Shown here: in pieces, positions 24,323 to 29,169 of the stretch | How positions within the stretch are numbered: position 1 is the stretch's first letter | Layout: each line of letters begins with the position of its first letter | NCBI GenBank assembly: GCA_016215735.1 | Contig: JACRIA010000069.1 | Location: forward strand, 1-29,169 | Reading direction: 5' to 3' | Length of the DNA stretch: 29,169 bases | Source: Candidatus Peregrinibacteria bacterium | GTDB taxonomy: Bacteria > Patescibacteriota > Gracilibacteria > UBA1369 > UBA12463 | Program-made: the position numbers and the translations under genes | The notes under the pieces: generated by a model | What the model was told of the DNA's origin: nothing | Seen by the model: the letters and a program-made list of their open reading frames with translations, nothing else | Database searches by the model: none

Positions 24323-25957
24323 TTATTCCACGACTTCCAAATAACACTTTTCGCAGTAAACTTTTTCAGGACTGTTTGGATTGTAGGCGGTGTTTATCGC
24401 GGCGCCGCATTTTTGGCAGGTACGATTGTAAAGTTTGCGCTCAGTGCGGAGGTTGTGGCGGGCTTGATATCTGCATTCAAAGCAAATTTGCGGCAGAGAC
24501 AGATTTTGGTGTTTATAGAATTTTATTTCCTGCGGGATGAATTTTATTTTTTTTCCGCACGATTCGCAGCTAAAAATTTCATTGATAATATTGTCCGGCG
24601 CAGCCGTGGCTAGTATTGAAGGCACATGCTTGCCGCCTGCTGACGCTGGCTCGGATTCTTTCCACGAATATCCTGATTTAAGCGCTTCCAGCCTGGTGAG
24701 CGGATAATAATCAATCGCGACAGTCTCGTTATAGCAGAAAGGAGAAAGATTTATCGGAAAAAATTCGCCCCATTCACCAGTACGTTTCATATGTTCGATA
24801 ATTCGCGAGCGCAGTTCCTTATAATCTTTTTCAGAATATTCTTTATTGAAAATGCAGTATTCGCCGCGTTTTAATCCAACGCATCCAAAACAGTGTTTTG
24901 AATGATAGCAGTGGTCGCAGTATTGGAGATTCGCGCAGTAATAGCAGTATGTCGTGAATTGAACATTATAAAGCTGAAGCGTGCTCATTGTTTCATAGCA
25001 GAGTTCGGGTTTGTAATAAATAAACGAGCTGTCATGCGTGTCTTTTGGATCACACGCGTCTGTTAAATAAGCGCAGTCCCAGCCGTTTATCACATCAAAA
25101 GATTCATGCACACGCTTGCAGTTTTTCAAATAATCGCCTGTGCATTCCTCGCATTTCAGCAATTCAGCGTATTTGACGATGCGGTTTTTCAGCATTTTTT
25201 CAAATTCCTTTTTTGCGCCTTCGGCGCTGTCCGGCGAACTAAATATTTTCTTTATTTCCGCCTCGAATTCTTCTTTCGTTTTCTGTTTATTGAAAATACA
25301 ATTTTGTTTGTTTCTGAGCCCCCAGGAAAATAAACAATTACTGCAGGCTTTTAAATCAGCGCAAAAATAACAATCACTTGAATCAGAGAGATCTTTTGAA
25401 AATAAACAGTGATAGCATTTTAAGCAGTTTATGCATTCGTACAGCAATTCGCTGTTGTAAATATAACTGCAGTCTATGCAGTCCTTGCAGGTTTGCGCGA
25501 GTTTTCCGTAATAGCAGTCTTCGTCATTTTCAGACGCAAAAAGTAAATAGCAGTTTTTGTTGTCACCGGTCATGTTTGTGTATTCGCAATTAACGCTGTT
25601 TATGACCATTGAATATAAGCGCGGCACTTTTATCTGCAAATCGCGGAAATTTTCAGCGAATGTTTTTGAAAAATCAAAGTCGCGGCCAAATTCCATTGGA
25701 TCCCATTTGTTGCTCCACCAATAATCGTTTTCATATGCCTTGAAAGGCTTATCAGGAGAATAGATTGAAATTATGTTTTTACCTGTGCCGTCGCATTTTC
25801 TTTGATAAAGTGCGCGCTCGTTTCTGAAAGCGTATCTGCGCTGCATGCGGCAGTCCGGACAGCGTGTCGGAGATGGAACATCCAATTTGGCGTAAAAGAT
25901 TTTTTCTTTTTCAGAGAGAATAAATTTTCCGCCGCAATTTTTACAAACTTTATTCAT
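24323..25957 (-). CDS. Cys-rich hypothetical protein with multiple CxxC Zn-ribbons and beta-helix-like Cys/Ser/Asp repeats (family common in CPR)
   Basis: CKNC, CPDC, RNERALYQRKC, two blocks of CxxCxx repeats, GCVGL, EWGEFFP, CESC, CFEC, CQKC, CEKC. Confidence 0.85.
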   Translation of the reverse strand: MNKVCKNCGGKFILSEKEKIFYAKLDVPSPTRCPDCRMQRRYAFRNERALYQRKCDGTGKNIISIYSPDKPFKAYENDYWWSNKWDPMEFGRDFDFSKTFAENFRDLQIKVPRLYSMVINSVNCEYTNMTGDNKNCYLLFASENDEDCYYGKLAQTCKDCIDCSYIYNSELLYECINCLKCYHCLFSKDLSDSSDCYFCADLKACSNCLFSWGLRNKQNCIFNKQKTKEEFEAEIKKIFSSPDSAEGAKKEFEKMLKNRIVKYAELLKCEECTGDYLKNCKRVHESFDVINGWDCAYLTDACDPKDTHDSSFIYYKPELCYETMSTLQLYNVQFTTYCYYCANLQYCDHCYHSKHCFGCVGLKRGEYCIFNKEYSEKDYKELRSRIIEHMKRTGEWGEFFPINLSPFCYNETVAIDYYPLTRLEALKSGYSWKESEPASAGGKHVPSILATAAPDNIINEIFSCESCGKKIKFIPQEIKFYKHQNLSLPQICFECRYQARHNLRTERKLYNRTCQKCGAAINTAYNPNSPEKVYCEKCYLEVVE

Positions 25958-26091
25958 AAGCCGTACGTTATAACTTCCGGATAAGTTGATTCATACCACT
26001 TCCCCCAGCTTTCATCAGTTTTCATTTGCTTGATAATTTCTTCGACTTTTTCGTGATATTCTTCCGGAGAATATTCAACATGATTTATTAT
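25954..26091 (-). pseudogene. 3' remnant of a paralog of the adjacent Cys-rich protein
   Basis: Reads IINHVEYSPEEYHEKVEEIIKQMKTDESWGKWYESTYPEVITYGL*, similar to IFNKEYSEKDYKELRSRIIEHMKRTGEWGEFF. Its TGA overlaps the next ATG (ATGA). Confidence 0.65.
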
Positions 26092-26110
26092 AGCAGAAAA
26101 TATATTTTCC

Positions 26111-26139
26111 TTGATTTTAATTTTTATATATGCTATTCT
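26111..26139 (+). promoter_or_regulatory. Sigma70-type promoter of TA module 2
   Basis: TTGATT (26111-16), 17 bp, TATTCT (26134-39) with a TGn extension. Confidence 0.55.
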
Positions 26140-26165
26140 ATATATAGAAATATAAGTTTTAATAT

Positions 26166-26414
26166 ATGGTAAAAATTATACCAACTACAAAAATTCAGCA
26201 AAATATCGGCGCTATTTCGGCTTCCATAGGCCAAGATTTGTATATTGTAACCAATCGCGGCGAAGGGAAAATCGTAATGCTCCCTTATTTTGATGGATGC
26301 GACGAGTATTTTGCGGAATACATGGAGGATTATGTAATGTCCAAAAATAAAGAGGTTTTAAAGGGTCGTTATCAAAAATCATCCGATTCCGGAAAAAGCT
26401 CATTAACCGTATAG
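26166..26414 (+). CDS. Putative Phd/YefM-like antitoxin
   Basis: MVKIIPTTKIQQNIGAI...LYIVTNRGEGKIVMLPY pattern, acidic centre, directly upstream of a RelE toxin. Confidence 0.7.
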   Translation: MVKIIPTTKIQQNIGAISASIGQDLYIVTNRGEGKIVMLPYFDGCDEYFAEYMEDYVMSKNKEVLKGRYQKSSDSGKSSLTV

Positions 26415-26417
26415 CGA

Positions 26418-26687
26418 GTGGTTTTATTTGTTTTTACAAAATACGCAAAAAAGATTTTTGGGAAATTGCCGAAAATTGAAAGGGAAAGAATCTTGAATAA
26501 ACTTGCCGGGTTAAAAAAACATCCAGATATTTTTTCCATGCTTAGAAAGCTTGTTGATTTCGAGCCGGCAACGCACAGGCTTAGGACTGGGGATTATCGG
26601 TTGATTTTGGAATTAAAAAAATATGACGCAAAAATTGTTGAGTTTTGGGTGCTTGATGTAGGGCATAGAAAGGATATCTATAAATAA
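26418..26687 (+). CDS. RelE/ParE-superfamily toxin
   Basis: FTKYAKKIFGKLPK...HRLRTGDYRLIL...VLDVGHRKDIYK. Confidence 0.9.
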   Translation: MVLFVFTKYAKKIFGKLPKIERERILNKLAGLKKHPDIFSMLRKLVDFEPATHRLRTGDYRLILELKKYDAKIVEFWVLDVGHRKDIYK

Positions 26688-26728
26688 AAGACATTTCTTT
26701 AACCGCTAAACCCAGCAATTTATTCATT

Positions 26729-27862
26729 TTAACGGGTTTTTAAAGCTTCTTTCGCGATTAGCAATTCCTCGTTTGTTGGAATTACCAAGATTTTTATTTT
26801 ACTCGGAGTGTTGTTGATAGCAAGAGCATTTTGTTTATTTTTCTTTTGATCAATGCTTGCGCCTAAAAATTTTAGGTAATCGCAAATTGTGCTCCTTACA
26901 TACCACGCTTTTTCACCAATGCCTGCTGTAAAAACTACTGCGTTGAGGCCTTTCATCACAGCCGCGTAAGCAGCTATGTATTTTGCTGTTCTGTAAGCCA
27001 AAATTTCAATCGCGAGGCGCGCCATTTTATTTTTTTTCTGCGCCAAGGCCCAAATGTCTTTCATGTTGGAAAAGCCGCAAATGCCCCTCAACCCTGATTC
27101 ATTATTCAAAATATTTTTAGCTTCTTTTATTGAAAATTTTTGCGCCAAATACAGTACAATTTCGGGATCAATATCTCCGGAGCGTGTTCCCATTGGTACG
27201 CCTTCAAGCGGCGTGAAGCCCATGCTTGTATCAACAGCGCGGCCTCCGATTGAAGCAGTTATGCTCACGCCGTTTCCAATATGGCATGAAACTATTTTTG
27301 CGTTTTTCACGAAATAGCGTCCCTCCTTTTCTTCTAAAATTTTCAGCGCTTCATTAACAACATATTGATGGCTTGTTCCGTGAAATCCATAGCGCCTGAT
27401 TTTCTTGTTTTTATAAAGAGAGTAGGGAAGCGCATACAGATAAGCTTTTTCAGGTATTGTTGAATAAAAAGCAGTATCAAAAACCGCGACATTTTTTGCT
27501 TTTGGAAATATTTTTTGGCATGCGCGGATTCCTTCGAGATTTGCTGGATTATGTAATGGCGCGAGTTCGCACAAATCCTGAATTTTTTTGAGAACTTTCG
27601 CTGTGATGACTGTTGGTTTTTTGTATTCTTCTCCGCCATGCACGACTCGATGGCCGATTAGTTTTATTTCATTTCGATTTTTTATAATTTTTTCTTTCAA
27701 AAGCAAATCAGCGATGAATTTTATTCCGTTGTGATACGCATTTTTTCCTGATGTTTCAGGCGGAATTTCAACAATGCCTTTATAAAGGCAAAACATTATT
27801 GATGATTCAATTAATTGGAATTTAATTGATGAAGAGCCGGCATTGATGACTAAAATTTTCAT
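26729..27862 (-). CDS. ackA: Acetate kinase
   Basis: KILVINAGSSSIKF, GHRVVHGG, APLHNPAN, RRYGFHGTSH, FTAGIGE, VIPTNEE. Confidence 0.97.
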   Translation of the reverse strand: MKILVINAGSSSIKFQLIESSIMFCLYKGIVEIPPETSGKNAYHNGIKFIADLLLKEKIIKNRNEIKLIGHRVVHGGEEYKKPTVITAKVLKKIQDLCELAPLHNPANLEGIRACQKIFPKAKNVAVFDTAFYSTIPEKAYLYALPYSLYKNKKIRRYGFHGTSHQYVVNEALKILEEKEGRYFVKNAKIVSCHIGNGVSITASIGGRAVDTSMGFTPLEGVPMGTRSGDIDPEIVLYLAQKFSIKEAKNILNNESGLRGICGFSNMKDIWALAQKKNKMARLAIEILAYRTAKYIAAYAAVMKGLNAVVFTAGIGEKAWYVRSTICDYLKFLGASIDQKKNKQNALAINNTPSKIKILVIPTNEELLIAKEALKTR

Positions 27863-27926
27863 ATTTATTTGGGACCAGGTCCCTTCGGGATTTATTTGGG
27901 ACCAGGTCCCTTCGGGACCAGGTCCC
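27863..27926. repeat. 27-bp perfect tandem duplication containing three GGGACC-A-GGTCCC palindromes (family B)
   Basis: atttatttgggaccaggtcccttcggg at 27863-89 and 27890-916; palindromes at 27871-83, 27898-910 and 27914-26. Confidence 0.9.
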
Positions 27927-28941
27927 GTTGGATCAGATCACATTTATACTGCGGTTCAAGAACTTCGCATGCTGTGAAGGCTGTGAGAGTTATGATATCT
28001 GGAACAGAACAGCCTCTTGAAAGATCATTTATTGGTTTTTGCAGACCTTGCAAAATTGGGCCGATGGCCTGCGCGCCGGCAAGTCTTTGGACTAACTTAT
28101 ATGCGATGTTTGCGGCTTCAATATCAGGAAAAATCAAAACATTCGCGTTGCCTTTAAGAGGAGAATCAGGGCATTTTTTTTCTGCGACCCAAGGCACAAG
28201 CGCGGCATCAACCTGCAATTCGCCGTCAACAAGCAGATCCGGCCGTTTATCCTTCAAAATCGCGGTTGCCTCTGCCATTTTTTGCGACATCGGATGTTTC
28301 GTTGAACCTTTTGTTGAAAATGATAAAAACGCCACGCGCGGATCAAGGCCAAAACGTTTCGCTGTTTCCGCAGTATCTTCAGCAATGCCGGCAAGATCAA
28401 AAGAATTTGGATCAATCGTGACAGCGCAGTCAGCGAACAAAAGCAGGCGTTTTTCAAGAATCATGAAGAAAACCCCTGAAACTTTGTGGAATTTTTCTTT
28501 AGTTTTAATGATTTGAAGCGCTGGTTTTACAGTGTCTGCTGTTGAAGCGTGTCTGGCGCCGGAAACCATTCCATCAGCATCGTCTTTTTGCACCATCATT
28601 ACGCCGTAGTAATCAAAATTTTCCATTGTTTTGTGGGCTTCTTCTTCTGTTACACCTTTGCTTTTTCGTAATTTAAAAAATTCATGGCTGTATTTTTCCA
28701 TTTGCGCTGTTTTTTTCAGCGGATCATAAATTTCTACCTTATCAAAATTGATATTCAGGCCGAGGCGGCGGCTAGCTTCCGTTATTTCTTTTTCACTTCC
28801 AAGTAAAATTGGATAAGCGAGTTTTTCTTTTTGAATAATTTCAGTCGCGCGCAAAATGCGTTCTTCCGTGCCTTCTGGAAACACAATTCTTTTTTTGCGC
28901 TTGCGCGCCTTTTCTTTTACAAGCTCAACGAGGTTCATCAT
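27892..28941 (-). CDS. pta: Phosphate acetyltransferase (short PTA_PTB form)
   Basis: IVFPEG, DGMVSGA, ADCAVTIDP, FLSFST, DGELQVDAAL, GNANVLIFP, GPILQG, DLSRGCS. Confidence 0.96.
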   Translation of the reverse strand: MMNLVELVKEKARKRKKRIVFPEGTEERILRATEIIQKEKLAYPILLGSEKEITEASRRLGLNINFDKVEIYDPLKKTAQMEKYSHEFFKLRKSKGVTEEEAHKTMENFDYYGVMMVQKDDADGMVSGARHASTADTVKPALQIIKTKEKFHKVSGVFFMILEKRLLLFADCAVTIDPNSFDLAGIAEDTAETAKRFGLDPRVAFLSFSTKGSTKHPMSQKMAEATAILKDKRPDLLVDGELQVDAALVPWVAEKKCPDSPLKGNANVLIFPDIEAANIAYKLVQRLAGAQAIGPILQGLQKPINDLSRGCSVPDIITLTAFTACEVLEPQYKCDLIQRDLVPKGPGPK

Positions 28942-28980
28942 AAATTAAATTTTATCAGCCTTAGCCTCTATGGCGCAATT

Positions 28981-29169
28981 TTATTTAGTCAATTCGTTTA
29001 TCGCGTCAACGGCTTTGCCGAATTTATCAACCTTGTCTTCCACTTTGTTTTTTAAATCTTCGGCTTGTTTGAGTTTTTCTTCGCCCTCTTTAGTCAGATT
29101 TTCAACGCTTGTCTGAATGTCGGTTTTCAGCTTGTCAACAGTGCTTATAATATCCGCGGTTCCGTTGAT
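28981..29169 (-). CDS. Partial (5' end outside window) coiled-coil/apolipoprotein-like protein
   Basis: Manual translation INGTADIISTVDKLKTDIQTSVENLTKEGEEKLKQAEDLKNKVEDKVDKFGKAVDAINELTK*. Confidence 0.7.
   Translation of the reverse strand: MNGTADIISTVDKLKTDIQTSVENLTKEGEEKLKQAEDLKNKVEDKVDKFGKAVDAINELTK

Noticed and set aside
24630-24660. PASAGG segment in the Cys-rich gene as another family A insertion
   Set aside because: Only a ccgcctgc half-site; no complementary arm.
24323-26091. Diversity-generating retroelement (paralogous segment as TR/VR pair)
   Set aside because: Similarity is only at the protein level, with no near-identical DNA differing at adenines and no reverse transcriptase in the window.
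20962-27926. CRISPR arrays at the family B or C repeats
   Set aside because: No regularly spaced direct repeats with unique spacers; the units are inverted or directly tandem; no cas genes.
27869-28516. 215-aa plus-strand ORF and other antisense ORFs (e.g. 803-1096, 2183-2617, 4419-4814, 8194-8610, 21684-22103)
   Set aside because: Shadows of well-supported genes on the opposite strand; no motifs.
1-29169. Genetic code 25 (UGA=Gly) for the whole genome
   Set aside because: TGA ends well-conserved genes at expected lengths and forms ATGA couplings (10510-13, 15040-43, 25954-57); all housekeeping ORFs are intact under code 11.

Overview
A 29-kb chromosomal segment from a small-genome CPR/Patescibacteria-type bacterium. 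Peregrinibacteria-like is an inference from the SLH proteins, the archaeal-type AMP phosphorylase plus R15P isomerase, the TrmB regulator and the A-rich leaders; TGA is used as a stop, so genetic code 11. Most genes lie on the minus strand. Contents: comEC; an 851-aa helical-repeat protein; a class II (B12-dependent) ribonucleotide reductase with a LAGLIDADG intein and probable NrdR boxes; iscS-iscU; a Nudix hydrolase; an atypical tRNA-Glu; two type II TA modules; the rpmH-rnpA-yidC-jag-rlpA(SLH)-ftsL-like operon (rpmH is missing from the ORF track); an SLH two-gene cassette bracketed by a duplicated promoter; a degenerate PP2C-fold/beta-propeller protein; an AMP phosphorylase-R15P isomerase-deaminase operon with no RuBisCO in the window; a Cys-rich CPR-family protein; and pta-ackA. 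The most unusual signal is non-genic: a roughly 55-65-nt bipartite hairpin element present in six same-orientation copies. It shows compensatory base changes and mostly GNA triloops on the minus strand, nests inside itself, and has inserted in frame into the intein endonuclease. Two further short palindromic repeat families, an in-frame TGA ORF and a truncated paralog remnant are also visible. All family assignments come from motif recognition by eye; no searches were run.
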